Both the position numbers and the translations under genes were made by a program. The notes under the pieces were generated by a model that worked only from the letters and a program-made list of their open reading frames with translations, was not told the origin of the DNA and searched no databases. This document shows, piece by piece, positions 1-10,118 of a stretch of DNA of 64,000 nt; positions within the stretch are counted from its first letter, which is position 1; each line of letters starts with the position of its first letter. Origin of the DNA: Spirosoma fluviale (GTDB taxonomy: Bacteria > Bacteroidota > Bacteroidia > Cytophagales > Spirosomataceae); the NCBI GenBank assembly GCA_945866095.1, contig CAMBGA010000002.1:6734-70733 (forward strand), given 5' to 3'.

Positions 1-1
1 T

Positions 2-859
2 ATCAGAAAATTCATTTACTCTTGGATTTGTATATATGCTAAAATTAGTGAATGCTAAAGTTTCTTGAAATTTTAAGCTACTATTTATGTTGTCTGACGT
101 TTGATCGCCATCTAAACTATAATCGATTATATCTAATTCAGAACTAGCTAAAGAAATATCAAAAGTGTCGGTAGCAGTACACATAGCAAACATGTACCCA
201 CCGCCAATAATAAATGATTTTAGCATTAAAGTGATTTTATTTTTCAAATTTGACACCTTTTTAAACCCATTATTTTTAGCTACGTTTTTATCCTCAATTA
301 ATTGATTTTCATACCATAATTGGTCTTTTTGCGTAAACATTTTACCCATTTGCCCGGTAAAATCTTCATGATGCAAATGTATCCAATCAAACTCTATAAG
401 TCGACCATTTAATATATCTTGATCATATATAGTTTCAAAAGGTATTTCAGCATATCTCAAAGCTAACGAAACGGCATCATCCCAGGGAGAAGCGGATGAC
501 GGAGAATATAAAGCTATTCTAGCAAATTTATTTAAAATGACAACTTCTGAATTGCTTTCAATTGATTTAAGTTCGTTTAGTAAAATATCAGTTTCTTGAT
601 CTTTTAATATCGTACATGTAATGCCTTGACTGATTATTTTTCCATATAGATCATTGTCATAATTAATAATAAATGCTCCTCCTAAATAATTCAAGCACCA
701 TCTTATTTCATTTTGGCCATTTTTCAAATGATTGTATACAATTCCATATGATTTTAAATGATTTTTTTGCGAGTTATCCATGGGTATTAAAATGCTTTTG
801 GCATTTAATCCATTGAAATTCAGCATAAATATGATTAATGGAAAAATTAGATACTTCAT
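2..859 (-). CDS. Partial CDS (runs off window start): conserved Bacteroidota exported protein, family often annotated 'asparagine synthetase B'
   Basis: Not in ORF track; my translation from ATG at 859: MKYLIFPLIIFMLNFNGLNAKSILIPMDNSQKNHLKSYG...PWDDAVSLALRYAEIPF...DWIHLHHEDFTGQ...GGYMFAMCTATDTFD...VNEFSD, open to the edge; hydrophobic N-terminus. Confidence 0.8.
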   Translation of the reverse strand, partial: MKYLIFPLIIFMLNFNGLNAKSILIPMDNSQKNHLKSYGIVYNHLKNGQNEIRWCLNYLGGAFIINYDNDLYGKIISQGITCTILKDQETDILLNELKSIESNSEVVILNKFARIALYSPSSASPWDDAVSLALRYAEIPFETIYDQDILNGRLIEFDWIHLHHEDFTGQMGKMFTQKDQLWYENQLIEDKNVAKNNGFKKVSNLKNKITLMLKSFIIGGGYMFAMCTATDTFDISLASSELDIIDYSLDGDQTSDNINSSLKFQETLAFTNFSIYTNPRVNEFSD

Positions 860-923
860 TGGTTTTTCTACAAGTCAAATAAGTAATAAATTGCAAGCTA
901 AAATTATAATTTAGGTAACCAAA

Positions 924-2162
924 ATGAATTTAAAAGAAAATGTTTTTGAGGGTTTAAGGTCTATAAAAAGTAATTTATTAAGAACCATTCTGACGGCTTT
1001 GATTATTTCGCTTGGAATAACTTCATTAGTTGGCATTTTAACTGCGATTGATGGCATTCAAAGTTCTGTAGATAATTCTTTTTCTGGATTGGGTGCAAAC
1101 TCATTTGACATTAGAAATAGAGCTGCGATGCAAATTAGGAGAGAAGGCCAAAGAGAAAAAAAATTTAAAAATATAGATTATAGGCAGGCGTACCGATATA
1201 AAGTGTTGTTCAAGGAAAAAGGAAATGTTAGTCTAAAAACGAATGTTTCATTTAATGCTATTGCAAAATATCAATCAAAAAAAACAAACCCTAATTCTAG
1301 GTTAATGGCAATAGATGATAATTTTTTAGATTTAAAGGGTTATAAAATAAGTATGGGTAGGGCATTTTCAACAAATGAATATACGAATTCAATCAATGTT
1401 TGCATTTTAGGTGTAGATGTTATTGATCAACTTTTTGAGAAAGAAAATCCGATAAATAAAGAAATTATCGTTAGTGGATTAAAAATGAAGGTAATAGGTA
1501 TATTATCAAAAAAAGGAAATATGATGGGTGGGGGCGATGATAGAGTTATTATGGTTCCTTTGGAGACTGGTAGAAAAATGGCCGTAGGGCGTCAATTAAA
1601 TTTTGATATTACTACATCAACATTGCGAATTGTCAATTTTGATGATTTTATGGAAGAAGCAAGGGGAATTATGCGTAAGGTTCGAATGGATCCCATTGGA
1701 AGAGGTGATTCTTTTTCCATTGATCGTTCTGATTCTATTGCAAAAAGTTTCGAAAGTATTACCTCCACATTACGAGTTGGAGGCTTTGTTATAGGATTTA
1801 TTACCCTTTTAGGAGCAGCTATTGCTTTAATGAATATCATGATGGTATCTGTAAGTGAACGTACACGAGAGATAGGTATTAGAAAATCGTTAGGTGCCAC
1901 TCCTGCACGAATACTGCAGCAATTTTTAATCGAGGCCATTGTAATTTGTCTCATTGGGGGTATAGGTGGTATTCTAATGGCCATTCCAATCGGAAATTTA
2001 ATTGCTCAAGGCATTAGTTCGGGTAAAGCAAGTTTTATTATACCTTGGTTATGGATGACCGTTGGTATAATTATTTGCATACTAGTTGGCTTATTTTCAG
2101 GAATTTACCCTGCTTATAAAGCATCTGAAATGGATCCTGTTGAAGCTTTACGTTACGAATAG
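924..2162 (+). CDS. ABC transporter permease, MacB/FtsX family
   Basis: N-terminal LRTILTALIISLG TM, periplasmic domain, C-terminal VSERTREIGIRKSLGA and DPVEALRYE motifs. Confidence 0.9.
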   Translation: MNLKENVFEGLRSIKSNLLRTILTALIISLGITSLVGILTAIDGIQSSVDNSFSGLGANSFDIRNRAAMQIRREGQREKKFKNIDYRQAYRYKVLFKEKGNVSLKTNVSFNAIAKYQSKKTNPNSRLMAIDDNFLDLKGYKISMGRAFSTNEYTNSINVCILGVDVIDQLFEKENPINKEIIVSGLKMKVIGILSKKGNMMGGGDDRVIMVPLETGRKMAVGRQLNFDITTSTLRIVNFDDFMEEARGIMRKVRMDPIGRGDSFSIDRSDSIAKSFESITSTLRVGGFVIGFITLLGAAIALMNIMMVSVSERTREIGIRKSLGATPARILQQFLIEAIVICLIGGIGGILMAIPIGNLIAQGISSGKASFIIPWLWMTVGIIICILVGLFSGIYPAYKASEMDPVEALRYE

Positions 2163-2185
2163 ACTATTTAATCTTACATTAAATA

Positions 2186-2216
2186 TTGTAAAAGCGGATT
2201 TGAAACGCTACTTTTG
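2186..2216 (+). promoter_or_regulatory. Bacteroidota primary-sigma promoter for tRNA-Leu
   Basis: TTG at 2186-2188, 20 nt spacer, TACTTTTG at 2209-2216 matching the TAnnTTTG -7 consensus. Confidence 0.7.
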
Positions 2217-2238
2217 CATTGCAATTCTTTATTTATTT

Positions 2239-2322
2239 GCCCAGATGGCGGAATTGGTAGACGCGCTGGTCTCAAACACCCGTGGGTGCAAGCCCGTGCC
2301 GGTTCGACTCCGGCTCTGGGTA
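2239..2322 (+). tRNA. tRNA-Leu(CAA)
   Basis: Acceptor GCCCAGA/TCTGGGT, D-loop GGAATTGGTAGAC, anticodon loop CTCAAAC, long variable arm, T-arm GCCGG-TTCGACT-CCGGC; CCA not encoded. Confidence 0.97.
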
Positions 2323-2323
2323 C

Positions 2324-2347
2324 AGCCTCTCAAGAAATTGAGAGGCT
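2324..2347. terminator. Intrinsic terminator hairpin between tRNA-Leu and the convergent kinase gene
   Basis: AGCCTCTCAA-GAAA-TTGAGAGGCT perfect 10 bp stem followed by T-rich sequence. Confidence 0.8.
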
Positions 2348-2354
2348 TTGCCTT

Positions 2355-3833
2355 TTATTGCATATTGGAAAGTTCCTGTTTCCAATTCTCATAATAATCC
2401 ATGGTTTTGTTTTTGTTTTGGTCTGGCTTTACCTCAGAGAGTACTTTAATTGAATTTATACCTTCTTGTACAGTATTATAGAATTTTGAACCAATACCAG
2501 CACCTAAAGCAGCGCCATAAGCTCCATCCGATTCTAAAAGCTGAATAGACACATTAGATGCATTTACGATGGTAGATGAAAAAATAGAACTTAAATACAT
2601 ATTGGAATAGCCAGCCTTTATCTTTTTTGGAACTATGCCTGATGAGTTTAATAACTCTAAACCATAAACCATCGAAAAGGCAATTCCTTCTTGGACTGAC
2701 CTAGAGATTTCATTTTTTTGATGGCGATTAAAATCTAAATTCCTAAAACTTCCGCCAATAATTTTATTATTAAATATTCTTTCAGCTCCATTTCCATATG
2801 GAAAACACAATAAGCCCTTTGAACCTATTTCAGATTGCTTAGCGTAATTATTTAAGTCGGAGTAAGTATGAGTAGGGAAAAAATTATCTTTTAACCACCT
2901 ATTTAAAATACCTGTTCCATTAATACACATCAAAACACCTATTCTGCGTAATTCTTTCGAATAATTAACATGTGCAAAGGAATTAACTCGACAATTTGAA
3001 TCATATTTTAATTCTGAACTAATCCCATATATAACTCCTGAAGTACCTGCAGTGGTGGCAATTTCCCCTGGCTCTACAACGCCTAGCGATAAAGCATTAT
3101 TGGGTTGATCACCTGATTTGTATGTGATTTTTAAATTTGTAGATAGGCCTAATTCAGAAGCTAGGGAACTACTTATTTGACCATGATTTTCAAATACTTG
3201 TTTGATTTCTGGAAATAAGGAAATATCGAAATGATAATAATCTAACAAATCTTTAGAAATTTCATTTTTATTGAAATCCCAAAATATACCTTCTGATAAT
3301 GCTGATATCGTTGTTGTTAATTCATTTGTAAATTTATAAGAAATATAATCTCCTGGTAAAAGCACGTGTTCTATTTGATAATAAACAAGAGGCTCATTTT
3401 CTTTCACCCATGCTAGTTTTGAGGCGGTGAAATTGCCAGGAGAATTTAATAAATTATTTAATATTTTTTCCTTTCCTAAAGCTTCAAAAGCTTGATCACC
3501 TATATTAGCAGCCCTTGAATCACACCAAATGATTGATGGTCGTAAAACTTGTTTATCTTTATCTAAAATAACTAAACCATGCATTTGATATGAAATTCCT
3601 ATAGCTGAAATTTCAAATGGGTTATATTTTTTTGTGGCATTAGCCATTTTGATAACTTGCATAACACAATACCACCAATGCTCCGGATTTTGCTCAGCAA
3701 AACCAGGGGAGACTGAAATTATTTCATTCTCGGTTTCTGGAAAAGAACATGTGTGTATTACTTTTTTTGTAGATGCGTCTACAATACTTAATTTTATAGA
3801 TGAGGTGCCGACATCAATGCCACATAAAAGCAT
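2355..3833 (-). CDS. xylB: FGGY-family carbohydrate kinase, xylulokinase-like
   Basis: GIDVGTSSIK, ISYQMHG, IIWCDSR, GNFTASKLAWVK, GDQPNNA, GTSG motifs; substrate inferred. Confidence 0.75.
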   Translation of the reverse strand: MLLCGIDVGTSSIKLSIVDASTKKVIHTCSFPETENEIISVSPGFAEQNPEHWWYCVMQVIKMANATKKYNPFEISAIGISYQMHGLVILDKDKQVLRPSIIWCDSRAANIGDQAFEALGKEKILNNLLNSPGNFTASKLAWVKENEPLVYYQIEHVLLPGDYISYKFTNELTTTISALSEGIFWDFNKNEISKDLLDYYHFDISLFPEIKQVFENHGQISSSLASELGLSTNLKITYKSGDQPNNALSLGVVEPGEIATTAGTSGVIYGISSELKYDSNCRVNSFAHVNYSKELRRIGVLMCINGTGILNRWLKDNFFPTHTYSDLNNYAKQSEIGSKGLLCFPYGNGAERIFNNKIIGGSFRNLDFNRHQKNEISRSVQEGIAFSMVYGLELLNSSGIVPKKIKAGYSNMYLSSIFSSTIVNASNVSIQLLESDGAYGAALGAGIGSKFYNTVQEGINSIKVLSEVKPDQNKNKTMDYYENWKQELSNMQ

Positions 3834-3841
3834 AATTAGAT

Positions 3842-4597
3842 ATGTTAAAAATTAGAATAAAAAATCATAGGGTGAATAACCACTTTCAATTGTCTAATAT
3901 AAGAATAAATGTTTTACCTAAAGAAATATTTGCTTTAATAGGGAAAAGTGGAAGCGGAAAAAGTACTGTGGCAAAAATAGCTGTTGGTTTATTGCAAGAT
4001 GATTTTTGTAGCATTCAAATAAATGGAATTGAATTAAATGATCATAACGAAAGGTTAATTCCACAATTTTTTAAAGCTGGTTATTTGCCACAAAACTTAC
4101 ATTTAAAACCTTTTCATACGGTATTAAATTTTTTAAATATTATTTTTCAAAAATCACTTGCTCCCCAAAAAGAAATTAATCGATATGTTAAAATTTTTCA
4201 TTTGCAAAAAATATTAAATACTCAAGTGACTCATTTGTCGGGCGGAGAAAAACAAAAATTAGGGATTTTAAATGCCATCAGTGAACCCATTGAATTTTTA
4301 GTATTAGATGAACCATTTAGTCAATTAGATACTGAACAAAAATTGGAATTTGCTTTAATTATTAAAGAGATTATTGAATTAAAAAATATCCCCTGCCTGC
4401 TCATTAGTCACGATTTATCAGATGTCTTAAAACTTAGTCATTCCATAGGAATTATTAATCAAGGCAAAATCATTTTGAATGGAGATATTCAAAAATTAAT
4501 AAAGAGCCATAATGAAATTGTCATTAATTTGAGGAATGCTTTGTTTCATTGGCACGATTCTAATCACATTATTATTGAAAATTTGAAAAAGCTTTAA
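3842..4597 (+). CDS. ABC transporter ATP-binding protein
   Basis: Walker A GKSGSGKS, signature LSGGE, Walker B LVLDEP, H-loop ISHD. Confidence 0.85.
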   Translation: MLKIRIKNHRVNNHFQLSNIRINVLPKEIFALIGKSGSGKSTVAKIAVGLLQDDFCSIQINGIELNDHNERLIPQFFKAGYLPQNLHLKPFHTVLNFLNIIFQKSLAPQKEINRYVKIFHLQKILNTQVTHLSGGEKQKLGILNAISEPIEFLVLDEPFSQLDTEQKLEFALIIKEIIELKNIPCLLISHDLSDVLKLSHSIGIINQGKIILNGDIQKLIKSHNEIVINLRNALFHWHDSNHIIIENLKKL

Positions 4598-5345
4598 ATT
4601 TTAGCGCATTTTCTGTGGTAATTTTTATGATTTCATCAACCTGTACTTCAAATAAATCGGCCAATTTTTGTGCGATTAGTTTTAGGTATTGTGGATGATT
4701 CGTTTTTCCCCTAAATGGAACAGGTGATAAATAGGGAGAATCAGTTTCTAAAACTAAATTTTTAAAATCTATATGTTTTATACTTTCAAACAAGTTCGTG
4801 TTTTTGTAAGTAATGACTCCACCAATACCCAATGAATAACCTAATTGAGTTAAACGCGTGGCCTCTGAAGCATCTCCCGAAAAGCAATGTATTATTCCTG
4901 TTAATTGGCTAAACTCTTTCTGGGAGAGGATTGATATTATGTCGGCATATGCTTTTCTACAGTGTATATCGACCCAAATATTTTTATCCAATGCCCATTG
5001 ACATTGTATTTTAAATGCGTCTATTTGTTCATTTCTATAGGTTACATCCCAATAATAATCTAATCCAATTTCACCAATAGCTAAAAACTTAGATTTGTCT
5101 AAATATGATTTTAATATAGCCAGTTGATCTAAATAATCAGTTTTAACGTAGGTTGGGTGCAAACCAATCATGGGCTTGCAGATATTTGGATACGATGTTG
5201 ACAATTTTAATAGAGATTCTAAAGTTTCTACATCGCAATTAGGCAACCATACTTCATGGACCCCTGAGTTTACGATTTGATTAATATTAGTTTCTATATC
5301 TATTGTAAATATATCATCGTATAGATGTGCGTGCGTGTCAATCAT
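4572..5345 (-). CDS. tatD: TatD family hydrolase/DNase
   Basis: IDTHAH, GLHP, IGEIGLDY, IHCR, IHCFSG, LETDSPYL. Confidence 0.92.
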   Translation of the reverse strand: MIDTHAHLYDDIFTIDIETNINQIVNSGVHEVWLPNCDVETLESLLKLSTSYPNICKPMIGLHPTYVKTDYLDQLAILKSYLDKSKFLAIGEIGLDYYWDVTYRNEQIDAFKIQCQWALDKNIWVDIHCRKAYADIISILSQKEFSQLTGIIHCFSGDASEATRLTQLGYSLGIGGVITYKNTNLFESIKHIDFKNLVLETDSPYLSPVPFRGKTNHPQYLKLIAQKLADLFEVQVDEIIKITTENALKFKAFSNFQ

Positions 5346-5971
5346 AGGGTTTTAAATTTGTAATTATTTTGTGTGCCATATTGCAATATGGGTTCCAGAA
5401 TATTACTTAATACAGGAAATGCTTTTTGACTATCGTGAAAAATCAAAATTGAACCATTTTTAATATTTTTTTTAGCCGAATCTATGATCAAATTAGGGTT
5501 ATTCTTAGGATTATAATCGCCTGTAATAAAAGTCCACATATAAATTTTTGTGTGATGAATTAATTGGCTGTAAATAAAACTATTAATCCTGCCATATGGT
5601 GGCCTAAAACCTACAGAATGAGTTCCAAGGTTGCTAATAATATCTTCACATTGTGTGAATTCATTGAAATAATCTTTTGAGGAAACATGCCAAGAATTTA
5701 AATGATTCATTGTATGATTACCAATTTTATGGCCATCCTTTAAAATTTGTTTGGCCAATTCCTGATTTGATACTATATTTTTACCAATGCAAAAAAAAGT
5801 AGCTTTTGCTTTATATTTGGTAAGAAGATCTAAAACATAATTAGTAATTTCAGGGGTAGGACCATCATCAAAAGTTAAATAAATAGTTTTTTCTACTTCT
5901 AATTCATTTATTTTCCAAATAAGCTTTGGTAATATAAACGTTAAGACTTTAGAGATTTCATTGATAAACAT
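5342..5971 (-). CDS. Polysaccharide deacetylase (CE4/NodB)
   Basis: LTFDDGP, GNHTMNH, FRPPYG, LIFHD motifs. Confidence 0.9.
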   Translation of the reverse strand: MFINEISKVLTFILPKLIWKINELEVEKTIYLTFDDGPTPEITNYVLDLLTKYKAKATFFCIGKNIVSNQELAKQILKDGHKIGNHTMNHLNSWHVSSKDYFNEFTQCEDIISNLGTHSVGFRPPYGRINSFIYSQLIHHTKIYMWTFITGDYNPKNNPNLIIDSAKKNIKNGSILIFHDSQKAFPVLSNILEPILQYGTQNNYKFKTL

Positions 5972-5984
5972 GAATTAGAATTAT

Positions 5985-6560
5985 ATGTCGCAAATTACTA
6001 GTTCCACTTCAGAAAAAATAATTTTAGGGATTGATCCTGGAACTAGATTTTTAGGATATGGTTTGATTAAAATTACCAAAGAAAAAGTAACCATTCTTGA
6101 ATATGGTGTTTTGAATTTGACTAAATATACCACTCAGGGAGCTAAGTTTCTGAAAATTCATGAAAGGGTATTGGGGATTTTAGAAGAATTTTTGCCCGAT
6201 GAAATAGCCATAGAGTCTCCATTTTTTGGAAAAAATGTCCAATCGATGTTAAAATTAGGAAGAGTTCAAGGAATGGTCATGTCATTAGCCTTTTCAAAAA
6301 GTATTCCTATTTCGGAATATGAGCCCAAAAAAATCAAACAATCTGTCACTGGAAATGGAAACTCATCTAAAGAACAAGTAGCTAAAATGGTAGAGGTAAT
6401 TGGAAATATAAAATTAGATGCAAAGCTATTTGATGCGACAGATGCTTTAGGGATAGCGATTTGTCATCATTTTCATAATAACAATATAACATCCACTATT
6501 AAAGGGACTAAAAAAGGTTGGGGTGCTTTTGTCAACGAAAATCCGGCAAGAGTTAAATAA
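5985..6560 (+). CDS. ruvC: Holliday junction resolvase RuvC
   Basis: ILGIDPG, AIE, KQSVTGNG..SKEQV, DATDALGIAICH. Confidence 0.95.
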   Translation: MSQITSSTSEKIILGIDPGTRFLGYGLIKITKEKVTILEYGVLNLTKYTTQGAKFLKIHERVLGILEEFLPDEIAIESPFFGKNVQSMLKLGRVQGMVMSLAFSKSIPISEYEPKKIKQSVTGNGNSSKEQVAKMVEVIGNIKLDAKLFDATDALGIAICHHFHNNNITSTIKGTKKGWGAFVNENPARVK

Positions 6561-8505
6561 CTGATTTCATTTGTATTTGTAATTCTTTAATTGACCTAGT
6601 AGGTGAATAACACGTATCTCCGATGCATAAGTAAAAATTATATTTGTCGTGAAGTAAAATAGGTGTATAATTTATCATGGTTTTATCGATAGGGAAATCC
6701 GTACCCTTTAGTTGGTCAATATGGATAAAATTAGCATTGTATTTGATTAGAGCTTTGGGATATTCAATGTAATCCCCATATATTTTTAACCAATTCGAGA
6801 AATATAAAGGGTTGCTTAATGCGGATTCCATGATGTTTTCAAGCATCTCCTTGGCCTTTAAGGTATATTCTGGAATCTGATTTATGAACCCTATTTTAAA
6901 TAAACATTCACATAAAATAGAATTAGATGATGGCATAACAGAATCATTTATTTCATATTTATCCGCAATAAGTTTCTCCGATTTAATTGAATAATAATTA
7001 TAAAAAACTGTTTGGGACTTATTGGTTTTGAAATTTTCAAGTACATCAATTAAACAGTTATTGGCTTTACTGATGTAAGTAATATCACCACTTACCTCAT
7101 ATAAATCTATATAAGCTTTCGTTAGAAACGCCATATCATCCAAAAAGGCAATTATAGGTTTTGAAGAATATTTAACTTGGTGTAAATAGATTTCATTAAT
7201 CATAAAATGATTCTCAATTTGTTTTATGATTGCCTTTGCTAATTCTAAATAAGCATGATTGTTAAAAGTATAGTATGCGTGAATCAGAGAAGAAACGAAA
7301 ATAGAATTCCAAGATAATATTTGTTTCGTATCGGTATTAGGTTTAATACGAGTTGATTTTGCATTTTTTAATATTTCTAATTGAGTACTAAATTGTTGAT
7401 TACTGATCGGAGAAATTTTGAAAAGTATATTATTATTGTTTTCCCAATTTCCATTAGAAGTTATGGAAAAGTGATTAAAAAAATCTTGATTTTCTTTATA
7501 AGGTATTATCGAATTAAGTTCCTCAAACTCCCAAGTATAATATTTACCTTCTTCACCTTCGCTATCTGCGTCAATGGAAGAAAAGTAAAGTCCATTATCT
7601 CCCTTTAGCTGCTCATTTAAAAAATGAATTGTATCTGAAACAACTTCTTTATATAGATCAATATTAGTTTTTGAATAAGCCAGTGAATAAGTTTTTATTA
7701 ATTGGACATTATCATAAAGCATTTTTTCGAAATGAGGGCAAAACCATTCAGAGTCTACCGAATACCTAGAAAATCCTCCTTCAATTTGGTCATAAATGCC
7801 ACCTTGTGCCATTTTTTGCAATTGAACATTATAGAGTTCATTGACACCTAATTTTAGATATTCACTATTAGGTAAATTGATTAAAAAATCGAGCAAACAG
7901 GGCAAAGGAAATTTTGGGGCTTGCTTAATTCCGCCAAATACAGAATCTAAAGATCCTTGAACTTTTTGAAATGGTTTTTCTAACTGCTTAGAATGAGCGT
8001 CTACATTTATTTTGTTGAAAGATAAATTGTTGTCATTTAAGCTTTCTGAAAAACCATCAGCCGAATTATTTAATTCAGTTCTATTGAATTTAAATGCTTC
8101 ATCTACTGATTTTAAAATAGATATCCAATTCTTTTTAGGAAAGTAGGTGCCTCCATAAAATGGTTTTTTATTGGGTAATAAAAATACATTTAGTGGCCAA
8201 CCACCCCTAATACCCATTTTTTGAACGGCCTCCATATAAATCATATCAAGGTCAGGACGTTCCTCTCGGTCAATTTTAATATTAATAAAATGTTCATTCA
8301 TCAGATCAGCAACCTCTGGATCTTCAAAAGATTCGTGCTCCATAACGTGGCACCAATGGCAGGCCGCATAACCAATACTTATAATGATGGGTTTATCTTC
8401 TATGTTAGATCGTTCAAGAGATTCATCATTCCAAGCCTCCCAATGTACTGGATTGTCTTTATGTTGGAGCAGATAGGTACTTACTTCATTTATTAGTTTA
8501 TTCAT
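6553..8505 (-). CDS. YyaL/SSP411-family thioredoxin-domain protein
   Basis: YLLQHKDNPVHW, SIGYAACHWCHVMEHESF, DREERPDLD, GGWPLNVFL, PHFEKMLYDN. Confidence 0.9.
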   Translation of the reverse strand: MNKLINEVSTYLLQHKDNPVHWEAWNDESLERSNIEDKPIIISIGYAACHWCHVMEHESFEDPEVADLMNEHFINIKIDREERPDLDMIYMEAVQKMGIRGGWPLNVFLLPNKKPFYGGTYFPKKNWISILKSVDEAFKFNRTELNNSADGFSESLNDNNLSFNKINVDAHSKQLEKPFQKVQGSLDSVFGGIKQAPKFPLPCLLDFLINLPNSEYLKLGVNELYNVQLQKMAQGGIYDQIEGGFSRYSVDSEWFCPHFEKMLYDNVQLIKTYSLAYSKTNIDLYKEVVSDTIHFLNEQLKGDNGLYFSSIDADSEGEEGKYYTWEFEELNSIIPYKENQDFFNHFSITSNGNWENNNNILFKISPISNQQFSTQLEILKNAKSTRIKPNTDTKQILSWNSIFVSSLIHAYYTFNNHAYLELAKAIIKQIENHFMINEIYLHQVKYSSKPIIAFLDDMAFLTKAYIDLYEVSGDITYISKANNCLIDVLENFKTNKSQTVFYNYYSIKSEKLIADKYEINDSVMPSSNSILCECLFKIGFINQIPEYTLKAKEMLENIMESALSNPLYFSNWLKIYGDYIEYPKALIKYNANFIHIDQLKGTDFPIDKTMINYTPILLHDKYNFYLCIGDTCYSPTRSIKELQIQMKSVI

Positions 8506-8524
8506 TAGTATAAAAATGTATTTG

Positions 8525-8532
8525 TATTTTTG
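8525..8532 (+). promoter_or_regulatory. -7 promoter box
   Basis: TATTTTTG, 14 nt upstream of ATG 8547. Confidence 0.5.
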
Positions 8533-8546
8533 AACAAATTTTTAAT

Positions 8547-10115
8547 ATGTTAGAAAGTAGAGATTTCGTTATCAGTCCAGAGATTGCTTATTCACCAGAA
8601 CAATTACATCAATTCTTATTGTCAGAATTGGGTGCAAATCTATTGAATAATAGTCAATATCGAATTGAAAAGATTTCACTTGACGCGAGAAATAAAAATA
8701 TAAAGGCACTTGTAAAAATAGGTCTATACAGTAAAGATTACAATTTTTCTTCTGAGCTTGAATCTATATTGCCTAAATTAAAAAAGAATAGTAAGAGAGT
8801 TATTGTTATTGGAAGTGGACCTGCTGGCATATTTGCTTCCATTAAATTAATCGAATTAGGATTTAGACCAATCATATTAGAAAGAGGCAAAAATGTTCGC
8901 GATAGAAGGCGTGACATCGCGGCAATTAATCGATTTAATCAAGTTGATTCTGATAGCAATTACTGTTTTGGAGAGGGGGGGGCTGGTACTTATTCAGACG
9001 GAAAATTATATACTCGTAGTAAGAAGAGGGGGGATATTAATTATGTTCTTAGGAAGTTTGTCAGCTATGGAGCTGATAAAAATATTTTATATGAAGCCCA
9101 TCCACATATTGGGACGAATAAATTACCTATGATTATTTCTTCCATGCGCAATGCTATTATTGAAGCAGGAGGGGAATTTCATTTTGAACATCGAGTAACT
9201 GATTTACTTATTCGCAATAATACTATTGTTGGCTGTCAAACTAATTCAAAAGAAACCTTTTTAGGAGAAGCAACATTGTTAGCCACTGGTCATTCTGCTC
9301 GAGATATATTTACATTATTACAAAGCAAAAATATTTTAATTGAAGCAAAATCTTTTGCCATAGGAGTTCGAATAGAGCATTTACAAAGCTTTATTGACAA
9401 AAGTCAATATAAATTTAAAGACAGACCAGATTATTTGCCACCGGCGTCTTTTAGTTTAGTTTCCAAAACGATTTACAAAGGAAGTGAAAGAGGTGTCTTC
9501 TCATTTTGCATGTGTCCTGGGGGATTTATTGTCCCATCGGCTACGAGTCAAAACCAAGTTGTTGTTAATGGAATGTCGCCTTCCAGGCGTGATTCTAAAT
9601 ATGCAAATTCAGGTATCGTCGTTAGTATTTTACCTTCAGATCTCTCATCATATTCCAATTACGGTCCTTTAGCAGGAATGCAATTTCAAGAAGAGTTAGA
9701 GAACAGGGCTAATGTTTTGTCTGGCGGGACACAAAAAGCGGTATCCCAACTAACCAGTGATTTTATAAAAGGTAGCACGAGTAAGGAGGTTTTAGGTACC
9801 TCTTATATTCCAGGTTTAATTCCTGGCGATATTCGAGAAATATTACCTGATTTTATAACTGAGCCCTTAAAAAAAGGACTTCAAGATTTTGATCGGAAAA
9901 TACCAGGGTTTTCAAGTAATATAGGTCAGTTAATTGGTCTAGAAAGCCGAACATCTTCTCCTGTCAAAATCCCTAGAGATCCAGAATCGTTGGAACATAT
10001 AGAAATTAGTCATTTATACCCATGTGGTGAGGGGGCTGGCTTTGCTGGTGGAATTATGTCTGCAGCATTAGATGGTATTAATTGCGCTGTTGCTATCGCT
10101 CAGAAATTAAATTAA
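8547..10115 (+). CDS. NAD(P)/FAD-dependent oxidoreductase of unknown substrate
   Basis: VIGSGPAG Rossmann motif, FGEGGAGTYSDGKL, ATGHSARD, FCMCPGG, GEGAGFAGGIMSAA. Confidence 0.85.
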   Translation: MLESRDFVISPEIAYSPEQLHQFLLSELGANLLNNSQYRIEKISLDARNKNIKALVKIGLYSKDYNFSSELESILPKLKKNSKRVIVIGSGPAGIFASIKLIELGFRPIILERGKNVRDRRRDIAAINRFNQVDSDSNYCFGEGGAGTYSDGKLYTRSKKRGDINYVLRKFVSYGADKNILYEAHPHIGTNKLPMIISSMRNAIIEAGGEFHFEHRVTDLLIRNNTIVGCQTNSKETFLGEATLLATGHSARDIFTLLQSKNILIEAKSFAIGVRIEHLQSFIDKSQYKFKDRPDYLPPASFSLVSKTIYKGSERGVFSFCMCPGGFIVPSATSQNQVVVNGMSPSRRDSKYANSGIVVSILPSDLSSYSNYGPLAGMQFQEELENRANVLSGGTQKAVSQLTSDFIKGSTSKEVLGTSYIPGLIPGDIREILPDFITEPLKKGLQDFDRKIPGFSSNIGQLIGLESRTSSPVKIPRDPESLEHIEISHLYPCGEGAGFAGGIMSAALDGINCAVAIAQKLN

Positions 10116-10118
10116 TTC

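Noticed and set aside
2239-2360. tRNA-Leu as an integration site; T-C mismatch in its anticodon stem (CTGGT/ACCCG)
   Set aside because: No integrase or duplicated tRNA 3' end seen; a single stem mismatch is common and other arms are intact
2086-2453. ORFs 2086-2394 and 2214-2453
   Set aside because: They run across tRNA-Leu and its terminator; spurious
924-4597. MacB-like permease and nearby ABC ATPase as one transporter
   Set aside because: Separated by a tRNA and an opposite-strand gene, and the ATPase does not look LolD/MacB-like; no support
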